DNA from: Catajapyx aquilonaris
Lineage: Eukaryota
Assembly: GCA_000934665.2 (NCBI GenBank)
Contig: JYFJ02003814.1
Location: 1-37,364 of the forward strand
Direction: 5' to 3'
Length of the DNA: 37,364 nucleotides
Made by a program: the position numbers and the translations under genes. The notes under the pieces were generated by a model, which did no database searches, was not told the DNA's origin, and saw only the letters and a program-made list of their open reading frames with translations. Within the stretch, counting starts at the first letter, position 1. Each line of letters begins with the position of its first letter. Of the stretch, positions 10,760 to 23,300 are shown one piece after another.

Positions 10760-11260
10760 TCCGTGACCTGAGCACAAAAATTGGGCCTAACTCTGCATTT
10801 TGTGATAAGAAGATGCCACATGGCAAACATGTTCTCTAGGCCTATGATGCCTTTCAGAGTTGTTGCCACCTAATCAGCTCCTTAGGTCACGAGTTAAGCG
10901 GTGTTCCCAACCTGGTGCGGGATGACCTAAGCGTTTTTAACTAGGCATTTTGTGATAAGAAGGTACCACATGGCACATAGTCATGTTCCCTTCAGGTTGG
11001 CAACACCCCATTATTCGTGACCTAAGCTAAGAGACCAATCAGGTGGCGCCATCTCTCAAAGGTCTCCTATAAGCCTAGGGAACATTTGTGTGCCAAGTGG
11101 TACCTTCATTCATATCACAAAGTGCAAAGTTTAAAACGAGTAGGTCATCCCGGACCAGGTTGGCAACACCGCATAACACAGCATAACACCGCATAACACC
11201 GCCTAGGGAACATGTTTGCCAAGTGGCACCTTCTTATCACGAAGTACAGAGTCAAAACGC
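10760..11260. repeat. Modular element built from direct and inverted copies of the same blocks
   Basis: GCATTTTGTGATAAGAAG.T.CCACATGGCA occurs twice directly (~10794, ~10945) and twice inverted (~11090, ~11216). GGGATGACCTA / TAGGTCATCCC is also present. Confidence 0.6.
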
Positions 11261-11295
11261 TTCGGGCCTGAACTATATAATATTATGTAAGATGG

Positions 11296-11623
11296 GGGGA
11301 GGCGAAGTGGCCCAACGGTAACGTTCGCGCCCACGGATGTTAAGGTCCCGGGTTCGATCCCGGCCCGGGGACACCCCCTTCATCTCGTGCAGAGTAAAGT
11401 GTCGTCTCTGACTTCGTCTCGGGTGGAATATCCACAAACTAATCCACCCGGGGGAGCTCACAAAACGGCCACATGCGGACAAGGCACTGCACTTGCACAT
11501 CCCCTCCTGTCATCCCTTCCTGCCCGTGGACCCGAGCGCTGTATAAATAGGATTCCTATGTAGTTGACAATATATTAATAAAGGTCCGGCAAGACCCCTA
11601 TAGGGGTACGCCTACTATACCCA

Positions 11624-11673
<50 letters not shown>
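11296..11673 (+). mobile_element. tRNA-derived SINE, family A, with (TTA)n tail
   Basis: A box GTGGCCCAACGG, B box GGTTCGATCCC, (TTA)n tail and a perfect 15-bp TSD TATTATGTAAGATGG (11281-11295, 11674-11688). A homologous copy is at 27828-28221. Confidence 0.9.
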
Positions 11674-11679
<6 letters not shown>

Positions 11680-11688
11680 GTAAGATGG

Positions 11689-11852
11689 AAGCAGGAGGGA
11701 TGCCTTGAATGGAAAACCTGCAGAACTCTCGAACATCTTACAGAACAACGTCAAAAAGGTTGAAATAGGTACAAATAGGTGCCAGTGGGCCATTTAGGTT
11801 CCAATACCCGAAATAGGCAATTTTAGGTTCTATAAAACAACAATTTTTGAGG
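11689..11852 (+). repeat. Dispersed repeat (probable DNA-transposon end) interrupted by the SINE
   Basis: GGATGCCTTGAA...AACTCTCGAA.ATCTTACA...AATAGGCAATTTT.AGGTTCTATA aligns to the reverse complement of 35674-35806. Confidence 0.65.
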
Positions 11853-12353
11853 CCCTTGTGTTATAAAACGAATATATAATATATTTTGGTTCGTGGTTTG
11901 CTTACAAATAAAAAGTAAGTAAAAACCTAGAAATCTGGTCATGGAAAGAGAGTGGCTGTTTACAGTGTACGTTTAAGGATCGAGAGGATAATATTCAATG
12001 GAAAGATTTATTTTTTTCAAGATGTTCATTACAATGCAATGCTGGGAAATGACTCAAATGTGGGTTGAGTATCCAGTTCAAAACAAATCCCTATGTAAAT
12101 TTCTAATTAATTTTGAATTTGAAGTAGAAAAACATAGTGTGAATTTAATTTTGAAACTGCCAAGCTATAGAATGTGCTTTCATATCATGGATTAAACCAC
12201 TGAAATGGTGCCCTCTGGGTGATTACTCGCAGCAATGAAACTGTGCATGGGAGTGTAGTCTTAGCAATGGGTCTGAGTACATAAAGTCAAATTCTTATGT
12301 TCATTATTTTGGCTCCCACATAATTATAGAGTACCGGATCATTATAATGCAAA

Positions 12354-13370
12354 CAGGGAAAAATTAAATGTCTCATGGTTGAAAGTCAAATAAGCCTTCT
12401 CAATTGATAACATCACAAAAGTGGCAAGATCTGTGGTCTCATGCCATATGGTCCACTTTCTGCTTGTAAGCCTTTTGATGTGACAAAGAGAATTAGTTCA
12501 TGACTCGTGGTGAATGGCATTGTGTCCAGAATGGATAGAAGTACAGTATTAAAACACCAATTCTTGTTCGAATATTTCATGAACCCAGGTGAAGGTAGCA
12601 CTGGGAAGTAGACGTAGGTTCACATTTCCGAGGACCAATATTCAGCGTTGAGGTTTTGCTGCTATTTGAGAACAACAGTGACAAAGGTGTATGACTTGCT
12701 AAGAAATGGTGAAGATGTGTCCCACAGCATTCAGCAAGGGTCCATAGTCGGCTTTCAAAGAGACAGGTTTGCAGACGCACTCCATCTTACAGAGGAAATC
12801 ATAACACATGTGCAGTAATTGTCCGGGAAGATCACCGCATGACCATCAATGACCTTGCCAGAGTGATTGATACCTCCAGAGGTAGTGCCCACAGGATTTT
12901 GCATTGACCATTTGCACATGCGATGAGTTTGCACCCGATGTGATGGGGCCCCAAGTTGTTGACTCCAGAGAAGCACATGCGGTTGGAGGTTTGTGAAGAG
13001 TTGTGACGTCTTGTGGACTCACATGGTGACCAGTGTCTGCTGTTCACAATCTTAGCATGTCGTACACCTCTTTGACTGTTTTATTCAAATGGAAGCAAAA
13101 CCTCAACTCTAAATTTTGGTCCTCACTGCTGCCCTCTGGCAGAGAGGAGGCAAATGTGAACCTAGGTCTACTTCCGCTGTCACCATCCCCTGGGATTGTG
13201 AAATGTTCGAACAAGAATTGGTGTTCTAATACTTCAATCCATACTGGACACGATGCCATTCCCCACAAGTTATAAACTAATTCTCTTTATCACATAAAAA
13301 ATCAGTCTCAATTTCTTTTGACTGGTCCTAGTACTTTCAACCAGGAGTGAACCTATTTTTGCCTCTCCTG
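12354..13370 (+). mobile_element. Mariner-derived fold-back element with a decayed transposase N-terminus
   Basis: Long inverted arms at ~12476-12705 / 13049-13297. The translation EDQYSALRFCCYL..TVTKVYDLL...VREDHRMTINDLARVIDTSRGSAHRIL..W(G)PKLLTPEKHMRLEVCEEL matches the mariner HTH region and the WVPxxL linker, with stops and frameshifts. Confidence 0.8.
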
Positions 13371-14387
13371 TAAAATTTACGATAATGGTCTATTCGCCCT
13401 TTCTCCTTAATGCTGATGACATACACCCCTTCTCCCCACACATACAGGGGTCAAGGCCATGGCTTTGACATCACCAAAAATTAAATTAAACCTGACACTG
13501 TAGACTAGACCACTTTGTTCGTCCTTCTGCAGATTCCTATTTTAAATATGGCAATTAGTGTGAGTGCTACAAGGCATTTTTGCAGTGTACCAATGATATT
13601 AATGATTTTGAAATTGTAATGACAATATTATTATGTTTATTTTAATTTAAAATGATCCCCTTGCAGTCAAATTTTTTTAACAAAAAGGAGAGAGAGAGGT
13701 AGACAATAGACTTCCAATCTTCCCCAAAAAGAAGCTTTGGACATTTTTCCACTTCTGTTTCAGTGGCCCACCATGGCAATCCGTAAAAAGTGTCAAAAAT
13801 GTCATATTCCAAGGTCAGGCTGAAGGTCAATTTTGGGGGAGGTGATGGAACCTATACAGCATTGGTCCTGTATGTTATTGACTCTAAAAAACCAACTTCT
13901 GAGGCCTTCACTAAGGTTAGACCTGTTTGCACAACCATTTTTTCTTTACTCTTATCACACATTGTGAATTTCCTTACAGCAGGAGCCAAAGTGTTAAGAA
14001 TTTTGATGCCTTCCTTTACATCTTCCTACATTAATATAATTTTGATTTACTGTAATTGTTCTGTGTTATTTGGATTGTACTAACAATCCCTCATACCAAA
14101 TTGCAACAAATGGGAACTAAAAAATTGCAGTGGTCAAGTGGAGAGTACATTCTACGCAGTTTGCTATGAACACATTCTTTCAGTTTTAAGAAATCGAAGC
14201 CATTTTAAGCAGAAAGCAGTGCCAATACTATGGAACAGTTATCAGAGTTTTCCCCAACATAGGATTATTCTTCTGAAAATTCTGAAAATGTTCCATTTAT
14301 CATAAAAAATATTTCTATCATCATGAACAAGCCAAACAGACTGTATTTTTCAACAAATGTCACTGAATATAAAACAGCATAGTTTCT

Positions 14388-17300
14388 CTAATTGCGAGAC
14401 TTCCTTGCTCTTGGTGTCACTGGGCGTTTAAATCCTATTGTGTAAATCAGAGCATTAGTGGAAGGATCCCTGCCACGAAACAGGCGGAAAAGCTCCCTAG
14501 GATGTAGGCCTCCTCCCGACGACAAAAATGTTTTCTTAAACCTGTTGAAAAATAATCATGTAAGTTTTGCATTTGGTTAAGATGTTCTATAGCATACCTT
14601 TTCCCTATGGACTTGATTCCTGCCTCATTGTTAATTCCAACTTCAAGGAAGGCATTGAAAACGTCTGCTGCAACAAGACGCGACCACATATGTGAGTAGT
14701 ATGCAGCTGCCCAGTCTCCAGAGAATATGTCAGTGAAGGTGCATGGGTGTGAGTCCTTAGGCTCCAGCTCGTGGCAGTAATATTCAGGCCACAATCGACG
14801 CACAATCTCAAGCCAAAAATCTTGCCTGGAAGCAATCATGGTCAGAAATCGTTCCAGCCACCATTATCTCAGGGAACATACGTGCTGTAAAGTTCGATGT
14901 CTAAGGCACTCAAGTAAAGCTCTTGACATAGGTCATATCCAATCATGTGCATACGTGACCGGCAGATCCTCTGCACTGTGTCCAGAGCCAGTGGTTCATC
15001 TGTCTTATAATGGTAGCTGAGATCAGCTAAGGCTTGTCCTTCATAAAGCCTGTAAATTATAGAATCAAATATATTTCACAAACACACAGTATGTTACCTT
15101 GATGCCTGGTTGCACCAACAAAATTACCGGTCTGATAGCTCCTAAGGGACCGATAGCACATGTCAAAAGGTCTACCTATCTGTCCATTAGGAGCTATCGG
15201 ACCGGTAATTTTGTTGGTGCAACCAGGCATGAGTCTATTGCTAATATTTTTATGTGGTTAATGCCCCTAGTCTGGAGTCCAATGGTGTAGATGCCTGAAA
15301 GGGCGGGGTAACCTATCCGTGGTGGGACGGAGGATGTATATAAAAGTTTGCCATGATTTTTGCAGTGGTGTGTCATGGAGACCCAAGGGAAGAAGGAGAG
15401 CATAATATAATAATATCATACCCCATTGAAGCCGTTCTGGCTTTTTAGGGGGGAGATTTGTTTTTTTGGCTGGAACTCTTGTAAACTTTATTTCGCTCTT
15501 TGGGACGGGATAGGGATGGAAGGAAGCGGCTGTGGCCTATTAAGGAGAGCATAATATATGGAAGGGTGTTTGTGGAAGCACATTCACTGGATAAAAGTGG
15601 CAAAATGGTAAAATGTGTCATAATCAGGGCCGGTGAAAGACCTGGTGTGGGTGTGGAGCACTCCCCACCCGAATGATTCCGCATGGGGAAATTCCCCACC
15701 CGAAATCGGGTAGTGGTCAAATGAAAAGAAATATCAACAGAAAAAAATTGTCATGCTCATTTTTCGGTTCTGAAACGTCTGAAAAATGATCTTCGAACAA
15801 CGATGTCCCAAAATCGATTGAACGACGTAACAATGTTGCATATTTCTTCCGCAGAGGTCGACAAACTTGATGATTAACAGTTAATGGACGAATTCATATT
15901 GAAAAATTCGAAAGGCAGTTCTGAATTCGCACTTTCTCGCAAATAAATGCAAATCATTTTTGGTAATATTGCTCTTACTCATTTATCCCGTAATAATTGC
16001 ACTTGTTTTGAATTTCGAAAATGAGATCCCCCCCCCCCCCCCTCGGCCCCTCCCCTACTGATTACTCACCACCCGGGCTGAATCTGTTTCACCGGCACGG
16101 GTCATAATGAATAGTTACACGTTTTGATTGGTTTGTTTGTTTGTTACCCCGTGATAGGGCAGGGCCCTCTTAGCAGGGGAAGGGGAGGTTTCCAAGGGAG
16201 GGCGCTCTTAAATAGTTTCTAGTCATTTCAGACCCTCATACCAGATCTTTTCTCTTGTCCCTGGGCAGAGAAGGGAGTGCAAGTCTGCCTGGACATGTCT
16301 GGTGAAAAGAGGAAAAAGACCCGACCAAGTGAAGGTGATGGGGACGGGATTTGAACTCCGGACCTCTGGCTTGGCTGGCCAGTAGCATAGCCACGAGAGT
16401 ACTAGACCACCATGCCCTCCCACATTTTGATTTTATAATCCAATGCAGCACAGAATTAAAAAATGCAGGGCTGCAAAAGGAAACTAAACTAAACTGAAAG
16501 AACCGTATGTTCGAATTGTTTCGTGAATAGAAACGATTCTGGAACCGAAACTAAATGCAGGAACAAAATGCTGGAACGAAAGTCAAGGAAACAAAACTTC
16601 GGGTTCTCGGAACGAAACGATTCTGGAACCGAAACTAAATGCAGGAACAAAATGCTGGAAACGAAAGTCAAGGAAACAAAACTTCGGGTTCTCGGAACGA
16701 AACGATTCTGGAACCGAAACTAAATGCAGGAACAAAATGCTGGAAACGAAAGTCAAGGAAACAAAACTTCGGGTTCTCGGAACGAAACGATTCTCGGGAA
16801 TCGAAAGTGATTTAGGTAACCGAACCGATTTGGTTTCGTTTCCTGTGACATGAGCTAAGAATCCTATAAGAATCCTAAGAATCGTTTAGTTTCCGTAACA
16901 GAACGTGGTCCGGATCATTTAGTTTCGTTTCCGAACCGAAATGGTATAGCTAACATGTTTGGTTTCGTTTCCGTAACGAAACAGAACGTGGTCCGGCTAA
17001 TATAGTTTCGTTTCCGAACCGAAATGGTATAGCTAACATGTTTGGTTTCGTTTCCGTCGGAACGAAACTTTTCTTTCGTTTAGTTTAGTATTGCAGCCCT
17101 GAAAAAATGTGGAAAAGGGGTTGAGGTAGTGGGAGGCTGACTTACTGTACAGTACCGCTAATAAAGAATGAGACTACTCTATGGACGAAATGTTTATCCT
17201 GACTGTCCAGCAGTATTCCCACTCTTATTTCATGGCGATCCTATGTACAACCTTTCCTCGACCTCTGGCTACCCGTATGACCCTCCCTTCAAACGAATTT

Positions 17301-20300
17301 TTCACGAAAATCTTTATTACCAAATTGTTCAACCAGGTACAATGCTTACATAAATTTGAGTTGAATTTTCCCTCTAAAATTTTCCTTCTTTGCATTGTTT
17401 TTTTCTTTTCTTTTTTTTCTGTATTTTCATTCCCATTACCCGGCCTTCCCCAAGACCTTTAAAAACAGGCTGACAACCCAGGGGTTGGGAACAGGATAAA
17501 CATATCATCCATGGAGTTGTCTAATTCTTTGAGTGGTACTGTACATTGGGCCAAGTATAGCCTTCTTTATGGACTTCACGGTCTGGACTTGTTTTGGTTT
17601 GTAATACTCCAATAGTGTCCATATTTGTGGAAATACCAAATTTTTAAATACTGCAGGACAACTCACCAATGCACTAGAAGATCAGGACAAATACCCAAGG
17701 CATCCCACTCAATGTTGGTTCGCCCAGATACTTCATTATATTCTGTAGTTGACAGCACATGCTGCAGGACCTGGCCAAACTTCAATAACATGGACTTAGT
17801 ATTGTACACTCATTCTTGTCAAGACACACTCACCTTGCGAAACAAAACCTCCACTTGCTTTAAGGTCAACAGCGATGGTATCCCACACTGTGGTGGTGCC
17901 AGGTTCAAAATCATGCTCGCAAGGGGTTCCATCTTGGTTCGGCTGCTTCGGCTTCGGCACCCAATCACCCAACCTGAGTTTTCCCCAGAATAAAGCTTCT
18001 CACCAGGCCTGCAAGTCAAGAGTTGTGTATCATCACAGTTCTCAGCAGCCTGCATTAAGGGGGGAATAAAGATAATTTGGGAGTAAAGTTCTTGCTAACT
18101 AACAACAGCAGAACCGATTTTTTTTTTTGTGGAAGTGTAACTGACCTCTCACACATGTGTGAGGTACTTTTCCCATATTCTTAATATAGTATTTTTAAAA
18201 GTCATTTGCATACGGGAGTAATTTACGCTGTCATAAAATTTTAAGTGATGTCGTAACAAGCACCCAAAAATGCGGAAAAATGAGATGCTCCGGACCCGTG
18301 AAGCTGATTTTTATATTTAGCTATAACCTTTTGGCAAATAATAATTTTGTCAAAATTTGACTGATTTGAGAACTACTAGAAGTTGGGGGAACCCTAATTA
18401 TCACGGTTTTTATTGTGCCTAGAGGGAATGGTCAACCGCAAACGTGACCTTTCTTTTGCGTAGCGAGGGTGGGATCCACTGTCTCCTCTTTCGGCCAGAG
18501 TTGGAACTCGAAGTAGTCCCGATTATCCTTATCCCCCCCTTAACCAACACATGCAGACCCAAGAACATGCATAGCAGGATGTACCAGCACCTGTGCTTGT
18601 GGTCTTGTTGTAATCAATAACCAGACCCATAAGGGCCCACACTGAAAACACATTTGGAAGTGTGGATATGACAATTTCCTGAATAAAGGCCCCTACACAT
18701 GGTAGTGAAACATGCTTACGGGTTTGTCAGAGGGGGAGGATCCAATCATGCATGGTACACATGGACTTTTACTGGAAAAGGGCATGTGACGCAAAAGGAG
18801 AAGATAGCGTAAGATCAACCGCATGTGTTCGTAGAGCCACCTTTCCGGGACCTGCCTCCATCTGCTCACCCCCATGGGTCCTGCTGCAATGACAGCTAGA
18901 AACTGGAAGGAGAGGCCACATTCTCCCCCTTTCAGAGTTGAGAGTGTGACTGGGCCAGAAGGGGCCATCTTGAATTGTGACGTCACATGCGCTTCATGGG
19001 GGAAAAGTAGAGCTTGTCCAAATTCAGTGCGTGAAGAGCTTAAATCCCGCAGCAGTGAATTATGTCGATATGAACAGTGCACTTTTGCATCTAGCCCCGC
19101 CCGTGCGTGAATTCTCTTGCTTGTTTCACTACTGCGTGTAGGGGCCTTAAAAGAGGCAACCATGGCCAGATCTTGGGGGTCTGTCAGGCAGGCTACTCCT
19201 GTTGCCCAGCTAAGAGTGGAAGTAACACGAGAGATATGCATTGTATTGATCAACTGTGAGCAATAAAAGCACATTTTGGTATATTGAGTGTGTCCAGCAG
19301 GGGCTAAGGTGAGAGGCCTTGCCCAGGGGAATCCAAGCCTGGGGCCAAGATTCTTGTTCATGTTTGCTTTCTCTTCCCCCTTCATTCCTCCCAGATGATA
19401 AATCAGCTCACAAGGGTTCAATCTAGACCACTATTCAAGTAGTCATGACAAGGTCCAGTATTTACTTTTCCTACCTAGGGCAGTGAAGGTCCAGATGGCC
19501 TGGGTCATGAAATGGATCCCATATGGTACGATATTCCTACAAAGGACTGCCCTGGCCAGTTCAAGCAGGGTTCATTTCTTGGAAATGAAAACATGAGCAG
19601 CAATGGTAGAAGGGCCTATTGAGACAGGACATATTGAATCATTTTTGCCCTTTATGATGTCCTGTATGTCGTGGCAATCCAGACAAAATCCAGACCACAG
19701 TCTGCCAGTTGAATAGCCCTGATCTAGACTTTTTTTCTCATGTCCTCTGAGTAGCCAAGTTAAGATTCGATTTTTTATTTTATTTTTGAAAAAACTCAAG
19801 CGTCTTTTCCTGCGTTGAACACGGCAAACCGCGTCCCGAAATTCAAAAAAATTGGCGCATCGGGAGCGGAGGCCTGGCAATGACCTTCATCGGTTCCCTC
19901 TCCTCTCCCCACCCACCTGCTGGCATGAGCGCCATCAGCATCAGGTGCTGCTCCCGCGCGGACGCGGAGGCACTACGCCGGTCCTGCTGGCCACAGAGCG
20001 TCTGTGTCACACTAACGTATTTTTTGAATCGCATTATCGCTGTTACATTACCCTACTTTTAACTTTAAACACGTTTTTCTCAGTTTTCCGGATTTGGACA
20101 CTGTCGACATCGCCCAGGCCACAAAAATTTAGCTACGGACTTCCCACTTTACCAGATTTATCCTCAAACATGGCGGTATCATTCGGCCTAAAAGAATTAG
20201 CCTGCTCGAACTACTTCTATTTTTACTTTATTTAAATGTTTTCTCAAAACTGCTTAATTTTGTAGTTATCTTTCTGAAATAGTCAAAAAAACACTAAAAC

Positions 20301-23300
20301 GATTTCAAAAATGATAATTCTAGGTCAAATGAAAACTACATGCTCAAGGAAGCCTGAGGTCCAATCTGACGGTTGTAGGTTGACCCCAGCGTCCTAAATC
20401 GTGTCAACAGTGGCGTGACATCACGCGGCCCTGGAGGCCCATCGACACACAAAAGTGATTCGATTATAGGCACTATCAGGTCTTTGACTCAGTGAGGGAG
20501 GCATGGTGGTCTAGTGGTTACGCCACTGGCCAGCAAGCGGGAGGCCGGGGTTCAAATTTCGTCCCCGTCACCTCTGCTTGGCTGGGTCTTTTTCCGCTTT
20601 TCACCCGACATGCCGGTGCAGAATTGCACTCCCTACTCTGCCCAGGGCCAGGAGAAAAGGCCTGGTGTATTTCACAAAGTCAGAAATGACCAAAAATACA
20701 GTGCCCTCCCTTGGGAACCTCCCCTTCCCCCCAAAGATCACGGGGTATTACAAAAAAAAAAAAAAAAAAAANTAAAAAAAAAAAAAAAAAAAAAAAAGTC
20801 TGACTTATGTACAGTACCCTGCATTAATGGCTATGCACAGACATCGCCACCTGGCGGGATTGAGTGGAACTAGGCGTCGGTGGGCTGTGTCAAAAATACT
20901 TTGATAATCAAGACGGCTCTAGACGGCTCAAGATATCGTGTTGGATTAACAGCCATTCGCGTGGTCCGTGTAATAACTGGTTCACAACCTCAATACATTG
21001 ATAGGAATCGCAATGGCCGTATAATTCATCCCACAGATATATCTGTGATCCGCTGTGATCCATCTTTGTAGCACGAGTTTGAATCCACCGCGATATCTTG
21101 AGCTGTCCAAGTATTTTGGACGCAGCCCACCGACGCCTAATTCCGCTCGTTCTTGGACAGGTGGCGATGTCTGTGCATAGCCATTAACCCATTCGGTCCC
21201 AGATCGGCCCGAACCACACAGTTTTTGGCTTACGGGTACTCCGAAGATACGGACAAGATATTTTGCAAATAATAACAGATCTATACTTACGAGATCTGGG
21301 AAAACCCTATGAATGTGTCTGGAACCATTTTACTCGTCTAGAAGTCCCTAAATTAATTTCCAAAAAAGGGCTATAATAACTCGAAATTTGACTACTGCCG
21401 CCCAACTTTTAGGCTGATTTGATTATGAAATGCGTGAAAATATGGGGAATAACAACCATGAGAACCATGCCAGACGAATTTGCTGAAATCGCCGTACTTT
21501 GCGAGAAATAAATTAATATTTATTTGCGGCTTTCTAGCACTTAGGAAAACTCCTAAATGAGTATGAGACGAATTTTCTGAAATCGTCGTACTTCATGAGA
21601 AACAAATAAATTTGGGAGTTTTCCGAAGCTTTCCGAAGTGCCAGAAAGCCGCAAATAAGCATTAGTAATTTATTTCTCGCAAAGGACGACGATTTCAGCA
21701 AATTCCTCTGGCATGGTTCTCAAGGTTGTTATTCCGCATATTTTCACGCATTTCATAATCAAATCAGCCTAAAAGTTGGGCGGCAGTAGTCAAATTTCGA
21801 GTTATTATAGCCCTTTTTTGGAAATTAATTTAGGGACTTCTAGACGAGTAAAATGGTTCCAGACACATTCATAGGGTTTTCCCAGATCTCGTAAGTATAG
21901 CTGTTATTATTTGCAAAATATCTTGTCCGTATCTTCAGAGTACGCGTAAGCCAAAAACTGTGTGGTTCGGGCCGATCTGGGGCCGAAGGGGTTAATGCAG
22001 GGTACTGTACATTCATGAAAATGAAGTCCCAACTTCTTGTCTCGAATGGTTTTTTTTTTTGCGATTTTTTACAAAACCCTTGATTTTGACTGCAGTGCTC
22101 CCTTCACTTCAGTGAACATACAGTACTTCTGCATATAGTTTTCTTCTTGAATAATTCCCCATAAGATAGTGTCAAAGCATATAGCATTAGCTGGTTATAA
22201 TGAAACATAAAAGTGGTTCCTCCAAAATTCAGCCTAAGCAGGTCAACATGATTATTATGTAAGTACCTAATTATATGTTGTAATGTAACTTGGCAGTACT
22301 CTTCTCTCAAAAGGCTGGCACAAGATGATATTCTATCCTGATTATCTTGTGGATTTCACCATATTTCTTTACCTTTGATATGGATCCAAGTAGAAATTTC
22401 CTAAGACACCACTGTCATCAGAAATTCTGTACATCTTCACATCGGGATGCCAAGTGTCAACTTCACCAGGGACCTCATCTATGACGAGGTCAAAGAGATC
22501 TTCACACAGGGTAAACAGGCCCAATAATACCCGTGGTAGTGGTAGATGCTCACGTAGTTCATTCTCATCATAGCTGTAAGATACATGGAAAGTCACTAGG
22601 TATGTAGATAGTTCATGCATCACAGAGTAAAATAAAATTCACAAAGTGCATCCTGATTTCTAAAGAAATTTTAAAAATTACCATTTGAAACACAAACATA
22701 AATACAGAAATGTGCAACATTAAAGTTCAGTTAATTGATGAAAAATTATATGCCAGTATCATTACAAACCTGTACAGAAATTGGTGCTGCTTACGACGCC
22801 AGTAAGGGATGTCACACTGCTCCATAGACCCTTGAAAACCACGTGCCTTGGAAAATTCAAGTAGAGCTGCTAGTTCATCCTTCTGAGCTGGCTTGGCTGT
22901 CAAATCAGTGTCACACAAACTGTATTGTTTCTGATAGTACACAAAGCACATGTGACATGGCAAAAGGCCTACTGGAATTTTTACTCGTAGCCCTTAGATG
23001 ACAACTTATTTTGTCTGGAAGTGATGGTTCTAGGGCATATAACACACTTGAAGGTGCTCTCCCCTCATGTGCACGAATTACACATACCAGAGTAATCAAT
23101 CAGAGAAAGCACGGGCAGTGCTGTGCCAGTTACGGATATGCATGCATGAATACCTGATGTTGACTTTCACTGTTCTTGCTTATTGTGAAATTATTTTGGA
23201 GATATTCTTGAGTACAATGTTCACATTTTTACATTACTGTGTCAGAGTTACGGCGACCTGACCATAAAGGCCCCAAGCCATTACTAAGAAAACACCTTAG

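Noticed and set aside
14447..14839. 130-aa ORF as a standalone gene
   Set aside because: It is exon 13 of the peptidase-like gene read through into introns.
16531..16795. CRISPR-like periodic repeats (also 545-655 and 3560-3680)
   Set aside because: No unique spacers, no cas genes, eukaryotic context, and the repeats lie inside TIR elements.
18693..19421. 242-aa minus-strand ORF
   Set aside because: Intronic, begins at a non-ATG codon, has no recognisable domain, and is not needed by the splice model.
20751..20797. Poly-Lys ORFs (and poly-Asn/Ile/Tyr ORFs at 11575-11793 and 27707-27935)
   Set aside because: Translations of SINE poly(A) and (TTA)n tails; the poly(A) tract includes an ambiguous base.
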